From a virus (lineage: Duplodnaviria > Heunggongvirae > Uroviricota > Caudoviricetes): 64,000 bases of DNA. The notes under the pieces were generated by a model that was not told the origin of the DNA, made no database searches, and saw only the letters and a list, made by a program, of their open reading frames with translations. Below, one piece after another: positions 54,985 to 63,618 of the stretch; within the stretch, counting starts at the first letter, position 1; every line of letters begins with the position of its first letter. The DNA lies in the IMG/VR virus record IMGVR_UViG_3300049988_000008, positions 15,648 through 79,647 of that record. One strand, 5' to 3'. Both the position numbers and the translations under genes were made by a program.

Positions 54985-57674
54985 TTTTCCTTTGGTTTGA
55001 GATACTCAGCCATACCTTCCTTACAAACCTTGATGATAGTGGCTTGGTCAGCATTGTTCGGCAGAGTGATTGAGTTAGACCAGTTTGGCCAGAATATGTC
55101 GAGTGCAGCACCCAGCTTGACAGACTCATGCTGGATTTCAGGCAGTTCCTGCCATTGCATAGACTTGATCAGTTCACGATTAGCCCATTCCACCACTTCA
55201 GGATCATCTTTGAGGATCATGTAGATGGCGTCATGGATTAATGCAACTGGGAGGATGTCGTAGCGATACTTGGAGTTCCACACCTTCATCCAGAAGTCCA
55301 CAGCAGCACGGTTATTCAACAGACCATATGACTGACCCAATGCGTTACCTGCGGTACGTCCTTCAGCAGCCGCCTCACGAGGCATTTTAGGGCCGTGCCA
55401 GAGCACTTGTTGAATCAGGGGAGTACGGACACGCAAACCGAATGCAACGGTCACGTAGCCGTCCCTGTTGGCTTGCTTGAGCTTGTTTGCGACGTACTCA
55501 TCCGAGACGACATACAACTTGTGATAGTTGGCTTCGATAGGCTTGGATTTCTCTTCGCTCCATCCCAAGTTCTTCATCATGCCGTGGTAAGTACCGCCGT
55601 ATGTCAGAAGGAACGTTGGTGCTTTCGACCACTGTCGTGTTGGATGTTCTTTGCCAGTTGTAGGCAGCTTCTTCAACTGATTGACCGACTTGGGATCGTT
55701 CAAGTCAATGAAGATGTTTTCGGCTTCTAATTCTTTTTGGAAGTAATAAGCAGCACGTAACGAGTGACCATCAAAGCCATCGGTGTATACCTTGAGCTTA
55801 TTTGGGTCTTTCGTTGTAAGTGCACTGATCATGTCCTCCAATGAATTGAAGTCAGCACCAGCAAATAGCCAACCAGTAGGAGCCATGAAGCACTCTTTGA
55901 TGAGTTTGGCGAAGATGGACTTGGCAGGAATGTTTTGCAGATTCGGATCAGATGAACTGAGCCGACCTGATACTGTGCCACCAATATTGAATGAGCCGTG
56001 AAGCCAGACAATACCATCAGGTGCTTTCTCGATTGCTCGTTTGAAAGCAGGGATGAAGGTGGACAGAATGGTGCTGACCTGACTGATCTTGATAAGGTCT
56101 TCGATCAGTTCCTTATTGGCTTGTCCCACAGGGTGATCAAGCAACTTAGCTAGTGTCTTCTCACCAGTAGCAGGCTGACGGGTATCGGTCAGATCAATGA
56201 CAGGAAAACCCATCATCTCATAGAGCAACGTCTGAAGCTGTTGTGGACTACCCGGATTGAACTCATGCTGTTTGAACTCAGCACGGTCCTTGTACTTGAT
56301 CTTGTCAGGATTTACGGCTTTACTCTTACGAAGCTGGTAGTCTTTCTCCCATTTCTGATCAGTCTTCCACTCTTCGTATTCAGCAATCTTAGGATGCGCC
56401 ATGACACGAACAGTGGCCTCATCATTGATTGCCTGAAGTTTGCCTTCAATCTCGTAGATTTTGGCCTTGTTCATTGGCATGCCAGTCAACTCGATCTGTG
56501 TGATCAAGCGTTGGCTTTGCAGCATCAGTCCAAGGTACAGTTCCTCTTGTTGGTCCTTGACCATGATCGGATAGTATTTCTCCTTCACATACATGGTGGA
56601 CAACGCATCAACAAGGTTGTACTGCAACAGCTGAGGTAATGGAACCAGTCGAATATCCTTGATTTCTTCAACTGCCCAGTTACCTGCAAATTCCTGTGCC
56701 AGATGTTTCAAACCGAGGATGTTACCGGCTGTTGAGTTGGTGGCGAGGTATGCAATGATCTTGGTGTCATCCATACGCTCGGTCATGATGGCAAGACCAT
56801 CAAGCAAGCCACGTGTATCCAGCAGGTTCTCCATCCACAGGGTGTAGATGATGACTTTCACGTCATAACCTGCGTTATGCCAGATGATTCGACCCTTGTA
56901 GTTCGTAAAGAACCACTTGAGCAAGGCACGAACTTCGTGATTGACTACATACTGGCCGTACTGCGTACCTTTCTCAAATTGGGTTTGATCAACATCGTTC
57001 TCCTTGTAGTCACAAGCGAATGCAAGGCCACGATGCTTATCCACTGCAAATGAAATGGTGGCGATACCTGCTTCATTGTAACGTAACGAGTACGCTTCAA
57101 TGTCGGCTGAGAGTTCGGGGTACTCCATCAGCCCTTCAAGTGCATTCTTGATGTCTTCAAGTGTCTTGGGATACAGAGCTTTATGGATGATGCCTTCACC
57201 TGGAGGTTGATACCCTCCTTTGATGTGGGACACCAGTGCATGAAGCGTGTTGTTCAGCTTGGCTTGCAAGTCTGGATTGAATACAAGCTGCTGATAGTTG
57301 ACTCCGAACACAACATTCATGTGTTCGTAGCCTTTGATCTTGCACTGCATGACGTAACCGACATGAGGATCGGCTTTCGTCTCTTTCACCAACAACTTGA
57401 AGTAGTTGGCATCAGTGCAATAGATATGTTTGACGCCCAGTTCCTTGAGCGTGGGGAGCAAGTCATCCAAGTATTCCTTGGCATGCTTGACTGACACCTT
57501 CTTGGCGTCGTATGACAGGGTGTAGGCGAGGATGTCCGGGGCATGGATACCCATGCGAGCCATTGGCTTGACATAGTTCTCAGACAACGAGTGTTTGTCG
57601 AATGCGCTGGCCTTCATCAGCAATGCAATCGGATACGACTCTGCCTCACCAAAGGTGTGGTAATACATGGACAT
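54981..57674 (-). CDS. DNA polymerase, family A (N4 gp39-like)
   Basis: 3'-5' exonuclease Exo II-like segment WHNAGYDVKVI. Motif A is LFAGADFNSLE. Motif B is RQWSKAPTFLLTYGGTY. Motif C is LIHDAIY. Confidence 0.7.
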   Translation of the reverse strand: MSMYYHTFGEAESYPIALLMKASAFDKHSLSENYVKPMARMGIHAPDILAYTLSYDAKKVSVKHAKEYLDDLLPTLKELGVKHIYCTDANYFKLLVKETKADPHVGYVMQCKIKGYEHMNVVFGVNYQQLVFNPDLQAKLNNTLHALVSHIKGGYQPPGEGIIHKALYPKTLEDIKNALEGLMEYPELSADIEAYSLRYNEAGIATISFAVDKHRGLAFACDYKENDVDQTQFEKGTQYGQYVVNHEVRALLKWFFTNYKGRIIWHNAGYDVKVIIYTLWMENLLDTRGLLDGLAIMTERMDDTKIIAYLATNSTAGNILGLKHLAQEFAGNWAVEEIKDIRLVPLPQLLQYNLVDALSTMYVKEKYYPIMVKDQQEELYLGLMLQSQRLITQIELTGMPMNKAKIYEIEGKLQAINDEATVRVMAHPKIAEYEEWKTDQKWEKDYQLRKSKAVNPDKIKYKDRAEFKQHEFNPGSPQQLQTLLYEMMGFPVIDLTDTRQPATGEKTLAKLLDHPVGQANKELIEDLIKISQVSTILSTFIPAFKRAIEKAPDGIVWLHGSFNIGGTVSGRLSSSDPNLQNIPAKSIFAKLIKECFMAPTGWLFAGADFNSLEDMISALTTKDPNKLKVYTDGFDGHSLRAAYYFQKELEAENIFIDLNDPKSVNQLKKLPTTGKEHPTRQWSKAPTFLLTYGGTYHGMMKNLGWSEEKSKPIEANYHKLYVVSDEYVANKLKQANRDGYVTVAFGLRVRTPLIQQVLWHGPKMPREAAAEGRTAGNALGQSYGLLNNRAAVDFWMKVWNSKYRYDILPVALIHDAIYMILKDDPEVVEWANRELIKSMQWQELPEIQHESVKLGAALDIFWPNWSNSITLPNNADQATIIKVCKEGMAEYLKPKEK

Positions 57675-57683
57675 GGGACTTCC

Positions 57684-58199
57684 TTACAGGAGAAGGTTGA
57701 GGGCCAGACGATTACGAATGAGTTCGTAACCCTTTTGATGCTTGGCTTTGAATGCAGCCATTTTCTCAGGAGTAAGGGTAGTTGACCAGTCAGAACAGAC
57801 GATTGCCTGTGAGACTACAGGGGTCAACGCTCCTGGGAGCAGGAGCAGGTAGTCCCCCGGATACTGACTGAAAGCCAGGACACTGCTGAGATAGTTGGCT
57901 GCAATGCTTCGCTCATAGGCCAATGGATGGCCGAATTCAGCCTCCATATGAATGGCTTGGGAAACCAATGAGGGATGCAGTCGTTGACGTACTGGTGGCC
58001 CTTCTGTGCCGTCTACGCTGTAGAACTGACCGTTGTATGCAAACGACAAATGTGTGTAGCCCATTATTTCGAAGTTCTGGACTGCCAGTTTATTGACTTC
58101 TTCAGCGTGGATTTTCTCCATCTTGGTAAAGAGGGCTGTCATTACAGCCTTGTGGATAGCCCACTTATACCGGTCATCTCGCTTTTGCATCTTTGCCAT
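57684..58199 (-). CDS. Hypothetical protein
   Basis: 171-aa ORF between the helicase and polymerase genes. Confidence 0.4.
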   Translation of the reverse strand: MAKMQKRDDRYKWAIHKAVMTALFTKMEKIHAEEVNKLAVQNFEIMGYTHLSFAYNGQFYSVDGTEGPPVRQRLHPSLVSQAIHMEAEFGHPLAYERSIAANYLSSVLAFSQYPGDYLLLLPGALTPVVSQAIVCSDWSTTLTPEKMAAFKAKHQKGYELIRNRLALNLLL

Positions 58200-58208
58200 G
58201 TTTAGCTC

Positions 58209-58394
58209 CTATTCGGAGCGCATACGGCCCCAGTTTTCAAACCACTGACGATCACCAGCCGGATAAAGAGCGTCGAATCGTGTCGTGGTATCTGTATATT
58301 GAATCTTTGCAGCAAATGGAGTGCCATTTATGATTGCTTCGTAAAGCTGGCTTCCTTTGGCTGCAAAGGTCTTTTGATGTTGAACACCGTTCAT
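58209..58394 (-). CDS. Hypothetical small protein (61 aa)
   Basis: The start is the internal ATG 58394 (MNGVQ...), which has GGGGGA 8 nt upstream. The longer ORF begins with an improbable Cys-rich leader. Confidence 0.35.
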   Translation of the reverse strand: MNGVQHQKTFAAKGSQLYEAIINGTPFAAKIQYTDTTTRFDALYPAGDRQWFENWGRMRSE

Positions 58395-58471
58395 TCGTTT
58401 TTCCCCCATGCTTCGCAGATGAGGGCAACACAAATGACGATAGCAACACAAATCCAGAATGTATCGCTCAT
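58391..58471 (-). CDS. Tiny hydrophobic peptide (26 aa), translationally coupled to the helicase gene
   Basis: Product MSDTFWICVAIVICVALICEAWGKNE. Its ATG overlaps the helicase stop (ATGA). Its stop overlaps the next ATG (ATGA). Confidence 0.3.
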   Translation of the reverse strand: MSDTFWICVAIVICVALICEAWGKNE

Positions 58472-59781
58472 GCTAAATCTCCAGTAAGAATGACTTCGTA
58501 ACGCGCACGTGAGATACCCACATACAACATGCGAGCAATCAGATTGCCCATGTTGCACTTGCCAATGTCATCGAGGTCGATGTACACCTTTCCATATGTG
58601 GACCCTTGTGCCTTGAAGACGGTCTGTGCAAAGACTGCACGGAAGTCTGCCCAGTTAACTACTTCATTGGCTTGTTGGAATTCACCATTAGCACGAAGAC
58701 GGGATTCAACTTTCGCTTTGCTTTTGCGTTCCTGTGGATGGAAGACACGAGTGGATTTGTTTACAGTCATCCAGTTACCAGTGACACCATAGAGTTCGAC
58801 TGGGGGTTCAATCTCCGTGATCAATACAGTTTCATCTGTTTTGATTGGTGTCTTACCTGTGCTCAGGATGTAGCTGTTATTGTCCACGTAGTCGCCTACA
58901 CGCATCTGTGGATCACCTTTGATCAGCGAACGGACATGGTTGTTATACTGGATCACCACGTCATTGGTCCATGCAAGGATTTTGGAATCCTTGTAGGTCC
59001 AATCAGGCCGAGTAAACTCGACTTCGATTGCTTCAAGGAACTTGTCACGTGGAAGCCATTTAACGAAGTGACCATCGACAGTGATCTTTTCAGGCCACTT
59101 ACCGGTGGTGACAGTGTGTCGAAACTCATGCGCCAGTTCGGTAATTGGATTGGCTTGAGGTACGCCATTTACCATCTGACGCATTGTCTCTTCCAGTCCG
59201 ACTTCCTTGAAGCCAGCTGCGAATACTGGTGCATTCGAAGACTTAGGCATCAGCAATTGATCAGGATCACCAATGAAGACGATCTTGCAATTGACTGCTT
59301 GCTGTAAGACCAACATCAGGGTGCGTGGATTGAGATAACTGGCTTCATCTACGAAGATGAGATAGCCATACTTCTTACCATTCTCCATGGCAACAAGCTG
59401 TTTATGGCCGCTCTCATAGTCTTGGTGCAGACGTAAACCAAGGAATGAATGCACTGTCGTGACTTCAGTCCCAGTCAACTGGGAGAAGTTATCTGCTGCC
59501 TTGTGAGTGGTAGCCGTCAGCTGGATCGGCATCGGAGAGAATTCAGAATCGATGAGCCTGGCTGCTTGGTAATATTTGGGGAGGTCTTTCAGCAGAGTGT
59601 CGATCAACGTGCTCTTACCTGTTCCTGAGTGACCGCGAATGACGAAGTACTTCTCATTCGGATCAAACAGGAACTGTACGAATTCATTGATTGCATTCTG
59701 CTGGCCAGCATTCATGACCAGTTCAGGTGTTTGGTTCACGTTACTTCCTTTTCTTTGTATCGAAGTGGATGCTGCGACCAA
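58468..59781 (-). CDS. SF1 DNA helicase, Dda/RecD/PIF1-like
   Basis: Walker A GHSGTGKST. Walker B LIFVDEASYL. C-terminal YVGISRARYEVIL (UvrD_C_2-type). Confidence 0.65.
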   Translation of the reverse strand: MVAASTSIQRKGSNVNQTPELVMNAGQQNAINEFVQFLFDPNEKYFVIRGHSGTGKSTLIDTLLKDLPKYYQAARLIDSEFSPMPIQLTATTHKAADNFSQLTGTEVTTVHSFLGLRLHQDYESGHKQLVAMENGKKYGYLIFVDEASYLNPRTLMLVLQQAVNCKIVFIGDPDQLLMPKSSNAPVFAAGFKEVGLEETMRQMVNGVPQANPITELAHEFRHTVTTGKWPEKITVDGHFVKWLPRDKFLEAIEVEFTRPDWTYKDSKILAWTNDVVIQYNNHVRSLIKGDPQMRVGDYVDNNSYILSTGKTPIKTDETVLITEIEPPVELYGVTGNWMTVNKSTRVFHPQERKSKAKVESRLRANGEFQQANEVVNWADFRAVFAQTVFKAQGSTYGKVYIDLDDIGKCNMGNLIARMLYVGISRARYEVILTGDLA

Positions 59782-60874
59782 ACAATGGTTTCCACTTCGG
59801 GTTATCGTTGATCAGCCATAAGATGCGCTGTTTGAATGATTGTCGTGGCCACATGAATCCACCATCAGTAAACACCATAGCTAGTTGAGGCTTAGTCTTC
59901 TCCATATGTTCGAGAATACAGCCGATATGTGTACCACCACGTCCATGGAACTTCACACGTGAAAGCTCTTTCAAGCTCGTTACAGTATCGTCATGTTGAA
60001 TTTGGGTATCGAACTGAACAATTCGAACCCGTTTGAGATTGAACTGCTTTAGCGCACCTACAATCTCAGAGACGAATATGTTGAATTGGGCTGGTTGCAC
60101 TGACTCGGATATGTCCACATAGAATGTGGCATGAGTTGGTCCCTGCACAGTTGAACTTGGCAGATGATACGTTGGGAAGAAACGACGATTAGGTCGCATC
60201 CATGAATATCCTGTCTTAACGGTTTCATGAATCTCTCGCTGCAATATTGTCTGCCATGGGAGTTTTGGATTGAGTAACTTATCAAGAAACAACTCAATTT
60301 CTCCCGGCAACTCACCAGCCCCTTGTGTCATCTTGGCTTGCATTGCTGCGCGTACAATCAGGTCTTCAATATGTTTCTTGGTTTCCTGTTGAGTCTTATT
60401 GACTGGTTCACGAATATCTTCCATTGGATTTTGTGGAAGATCATCCTGTTCTTCAAACAAGATGTCATAGACTTCTTCTGTACTCATTCCTGTGAAGCGA
60501 GGATCAGCTAATCGGAATGAGGGCAGTTCAAAGCCCCGTGCAAGCAAATACAGATTGATGACATGATCTGCTGCTTGGTTCCAGATACTCATGATCTTAC
60601 CAAGTGCTCGTCCCATGTGATCATAGGCAACATGACTTGCTTCATGGATATATACACCTACACGCTGTTTCTCTGGCATGGCAAGGAAGAATTGAGGATT
60701 GAATCCCATATCAAATCCATTAGTCCATGCTGTGGGGCAATCTTCGTCCCAATAGAATTTCAAACTCAGTGCGATGGTGGTGAAGAACGTTACTTCAGGA
60801 TTGGACATGAGTCCAATCTTCATTCGGTCAAGAAGTGGTTGCAGCTGTTTTGGATCGTAGGTAGGGGTGGTCAT
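59741..60874 (-). CDS. Protein with a putative metallopeptidase domain (HExxH) and a vWA-like domain (N4 gp24-like)
   Basis: YIHEASHVAYDH contains HEASH. The C-terminal half has the MIDAS-like VDISESV (DxSxS). Proteins of this DUF2201+VWA type are common in N4-like early regions. Confidence 0.5.
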   Translation of the reverse strand: MTTPTYDPKQLQPLLDRMKIGLMSNPEVTFFTTIALSLKFYWDEDCPTAWTNGFDMGFNPQFFLAMPEKQRVGVYIHEASHVAYDHMGRALGKIMSIWNQAADHVINLYLLARGFELPSFRLADPRFTGMSTEEVYDILFEEQDDLPQNPMEDIREPVNKTQQETKKHIEDLIVRAAMQAKMTQGAGELPGEIELFLDKLLNPKLPWQTILQREIHETVKTGYSWMRPNRRFFPTYHLPSSTVQGPTHATFYVDISESVQPAQFNIFVSEIVGALKQFNLKRVRIVQFDTQIQHDDTVTSLKELSRVKFHGRGGTHIGCILEHMEKTKPQLAMVFTDGGFMWPRQSFKQRILWLINDNPKWKPLFGRSIHFDTKKRK

Positions 60875-60938
60875 AGTAGCCTCAAAAAGATGTCCGGGTC
60901 AGGACGGCGCACGAAGGGCGCATCATCCCATGAGGTAA

Positions 60939-60973
60939 TAAAAAAAGCCTGTTCTCAATTAAGAGAACAGGCT
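60939..60973 (-). terminator. Intrinsic terminator (minus strand) after gene 60993..61286
   Basis: Minus strand AGCCUGUUCUC-uuaauu-GAGAACAGGCU followed by UUUUUUU. Confidence 0.65.
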
Positions 60974-60992
60974 TTGTAAGAGGGTTGGCACG

Positions 60993-61286
60993 TTAGTGCG
61001 GCACAAGCTCAGAAGGCTGGTGGAACAAGTAGATGTATCCTGGCAACAGATTGCCATTCACATCCTTGGCTTCACGTTCACTCACTGGTGTGAATGCAGC
61101 CTGATCAGGATCGTATTTGAAGATACCTGCTGGTGGTGTATGTGCGACAGTTGGCGCTGTCTTGTCGAGGACTACTCGGGCTTTACGTACAAGCTCACGA
61201 GTGTCTCCTTGATCGTATTCGAACACTGCGTGATCGAGTAACGACATGAGTACACTACGTAAGCTATTGATTGGATGGGTATGCAT
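60993..61286 (-). CDS. Hypothetical early protein
   Basis: 97-aa ORF with the palindromic operator-like site 20-45 nt upstream. Confidence 0.45.
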   Translation of the reverse strand: MHTHPINSLRSVLMSLLDHAVFEYDQGDTRELVRKARVVLDKTAPTVAHTPPAGIFKYDPDQAAFTPVSEREAKDVNGNLLPGYIYLFHQPSELVPH

Positions 61287-61305
61287 GATGTCCTCTTGAT
61301 CTGTT

Positions 61306-61331
61306 TACTGGAATATAACATTATTCCAGTA
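61306..61331. promoter_or_regulatory. Perfect 10-bp inverted repeat (TACTGGAATA-N6-TATTCCAGTA), operator-like
   Basis: Seen directly in the sequence. It is centred ~33 nt upstream of the minus-strand start codon at 61286, in AT-rich promoter-like DNA. Confidence 0.45.
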
Positions 61332-61341
61332 CAGGTCAAGG

Positions 61342-61497
61342 CTATTTGTGTGGAGGGAGTATGTACAACAACATCATGCAAGGAATGAATAGGTTCACCA
61401 TTGCATTCAGTCTCCCTTGCATCATTGCCACTGCAAACAGACAAGTCAGTAACAGCAACACAAGGTAACCTAGTATTGCTGCTAGGACTTTAACCAT
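61342..61497 (-). CDS. Small hydrophobic membrane peptide (51 aa)
   Basis: Product MVKVLAAILGYLVLLLLTCLFAVAMMQGRLNAMVNLFIPCMMLLYILPPHK has two predicted TM segments. The ORF-track entry 61342..61524 begins at TTG. Confidence 0.3.
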   Translation of the reverse strand: MVKVLAAILGYLVLLLLTCLFAVAMMQGRLNAMVNLFIPCMMLLYILPPHK

Positions 61498-62252
61498 TCG
61501 ACCCGTCCATGTGTCAGTGTGCAAAGCTCCTTCATCGAGTTCTGCATCACGTAGCCGACGACCTCGTAGCCACGTGCCTCTAACTGAGTGCGCTTCGTTT
61601 CAGTCACGCGTGTGGTGCTGGCCTGCTCCTGCGCTGGTTGATGCACGACTCGCCGCCATTCGCCACGCTCGCCATAATTCATGCGGGCGTCTGCTTCTTC
61701 GTCGGTGTCAACGTCGAGCGCAACCCATTCAAGTGGCATGCCATTCTCATGGCGCGGCCGTTGTTCGTACTTGGCCGCTGGCACTGTCGGCGCTGGCTGG
61801 TTGGCGCGCTCCAACTCTCCAGACGCTTGGCCCAGCAGCGTGCACAGAATGCCACGCACGTATTCGTCTGGCTCTTCGAAAGCGTCGGCGTGGCCCAGCG
61901 CCTTCATCAAGCGGCGCACTCGGGTCATCTCATCGGCATCTAGCGGCGCTGGCTGGTTGGCGAGGGCGGCGCGCAGGTCGGCAGCATTGATGACGACGAT
62001 CATACTGTTGGACATGGAGCCGGGGTTATCGCTGCCGTCGCCCTGCCAGTACCAGACATCACCCGTATCCTTTGCGTGCCGCATTTGAAGTTCGTTCTTC
62101 ATGACAGCGATGCGGTGGTTCAGGCAGTCGATTTCGGCCATCAGGCCCGGATGGTCGAGATTCCGCTCGCTATCGTTGGATTGTTCCACCTTAGTTTTAC
62201 TCCATGGGGCATAGTCATCATCAAGCTGATCCCCTCCAAACATTCCAGGCAT
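61482..62252 (-). CDS. Hypothetical protein in a GC-richer region, with ANQPAP repeats
   Basis: 256-aa ORF. Its ATG has SD AAGGAG 6 nt upstream. Composition is noticeably GC-richer than the flanking phage genes. The plus-strand ORFs overlapping it look like GC artefacts. Confidence 0.5.
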   Translation of the reverse strand: MPGMFGGDQLDDDYAPWSKTKVEQSNDSERNLDHPGLMAEIDCLNHRIAVMKNELQMRHAKDTGDVWYWQGDGSDNPGSMSNSMIVVINAADLRAALANQPAPLDADEMTRVRRLMKALGHADAFEEPDEYVRGILCTLLGQASGELERANQPAPTVPAAKYEQRPRHENGMPLEWVALDVDTDEEADARMNYGERGEWRRVVHQPAQEQASTTRVTETKRTQLEARGYEVVGYVMQNSMKELCTLTHGRVEWLKS

Positions 62253-62275
62253 GGTGTTCTCCTTGTGTAATTGAT

Positions 62276-62662
62276 TTAATCAGGTGTCACAGTTGTAATG
62301 ATCGAAATCATATAAGCCACACCAGCAATCTTATGCTGATGTTTAGGATCAAATGATTTCATGTGAGCCATGAGGAAACGCATCAGTTTTGGACTGAGCA
62401 TGAATCCTTCATTGAAACTGACATTGCCTGGTGGTAATGGTTCACCGCAGAAGAACGAATCGGCCATCTTGATATAGATGGATGCATTCGCATTGCTGTA
62501 GTGTTCTTTGAATTCTTGTGGAATGGTTTCCCATGGCGGCAGACAACGAGTCGTACCCCATACGAATTCCAGATCAGTGGTGGCTTCGATATCCGCTTGA
62601 GTAAGCGACCATGGTTTTTCTTCTTGAGCTACTGGAGCTGGTTCTGCTTTTTTGCGAGACAT
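62276..62662 (-). CDS. Hypothetical protein
   Basis: 128-aa ORF with SD AAAGGAAAA before the ATG. Confidence 0.45.
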   Translation of the reverse strand: MSRKKAEPAPVAQEEKPWSLTQADIEATTDLEFVWGTTRCLPPWETIPQEFKEHYSNANASIYIKMADSFFCGEPLPPGNVSFNEGFMLSPKLMRFLMAHMKSFDPKHQHKIAGVAYMISIITTVTPD

Positions 62663-62714
62663 GATTTTCCTTTGTGGTTGGCGTGATAGGGCATAAGGCT
62701 ACCACGCCTTTGGC

Positions 62715-63536
62715 TTACTTCAGATCGACGTTCAGCATGCCTTTGAAATCGACGGGGATGACGACAGCTTTGACTTTGCCATCACGCACGCCTTCAGCGA
62801 TCATCAGGTTGGCTTGCGCTGCCATGTAACCAGTGGCACCGGAGTTTGCATTGAGCGTGGCAATACGCTTGGCTTCCTGTTCGGCCTTCTGTACTTCCAC
62901 AGCCGACTGTTTCAGCTCGTTCTGTGCACGTACCAGATTATTGGCCGACAGTGTGATGGATGCCGGTGGAGTTGCATTGCGCAACAACACCTGTGTCACT
63001 AATACAACAGTGCCGAGCTTTTCTTTGGCCAGTTCGTCCTTCATGCTTGCCAAGATTTCAGCTTCGAGTTGACTGCGCTCGACGTTGATCTTGAGAGCTT
63101 CGTACTTGGGGACGACCTTGTACACCGCATTGCGAGCTACCGTGAACAGGTAGTTCTGCATCAGCAGCACTTCGTTGTCGTCGTTCTTGCCATGGAACGA
63201 CTTGGCCTTGTTGTTGAACAGGTCGCTGACCGACGATGGATCGATGTTGTAGACGACCGTGAGGTCAACATCATCCATGGTGACGGTTTCGGCGGTCTGT
63301 GGCCGCAGGTCTTTCACTTCCGTGCTGATTTCACGGATGGGGAACTTCAGCACATCACCGATGATGGTCTGATTGACCGAACCCGCAGCGAGTTCGCCGG
63401 GTTCGATGGTCTTGTTCCAGTTTTGGCGCAGGCCGACTTCACCTTGTGCGACACGGGTGCAGCCCACACTGGCGAGGGTGACGGCTGCTGCCATCAAAGC
63501 GATGCTGATGAGACGAATACGGCGGGATGTTTGCAT
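62715..63536 (-). CDS. SPFH/band-7 domain lipoprotein (stomatin/prohibitin/HflK-like)
   Basis: The start at the internal ATG 63536 has SD AAAGGAG. The N-terminal signal peptide with a Cys (MQTSRRIRLISIALMAAAVTLASVGC) suggests a lipoprotein. The central region GEVGLRQNWNKTIEPGEL...TVVYNI resembles the SPFH fold. A coiled-coil tail follows. Confidence 0.5.
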   Translation of the reverse strand: MQTSRRIRLISIALMAAAVTLASVGCTRVAQGEVGLRQNWNKTIEPGELAAGSVNQTIIGDVLKFPIREISTEVKDLRPQTAETVTMDDVDLTVVYNIDPSSVSDLFNNKAKSFHGKNDDNEVLLMQNYLFTVARNAVYKVVPKYEALKINVERSQLEAEILASMKDELAKEKLGTVVLVTQVLLRNATPPASITLSANNLVRAQNELKQSAVEVQKAEQEAKRIATLNANSGATGYMAAQANLMIAEGVRDGKVKAVVIPVDFKGMLNVDLK

Positions 63537-63554
63537 GTGATACTCCTTTGAGGT

Positions 63555-63591
63555 AATAAAAAATGCCCTGAGACGAATCTCAGGGCATTTT
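63555..63591 (-). terminator. Intrinsic terminator (minus strand) between the phasin-like and SPFH genes
   Basis: Minus strand AUGCCCUGAG-auucgu-CUCAGGGCAU followed by UUUUUUAUU. Confidence 0.6.
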
Positions 63592-63618
63592 GATTGGCAA
63601 GATGCCGGTTGATGAAAC

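Noticed and set aside
61511-62088. Overlapping plus-strand ORFs 61511..61990, 61638..61943 and 61681..62088 (Arg/Ala/Ser-rich)
   Set aside because: They are typical GC-rich-DNA artefacts. They overlap each other in different frames and are antisense to a minus-strand gene with a strong SD. The same applies to 63069..63551, opposite the SPFH gene.
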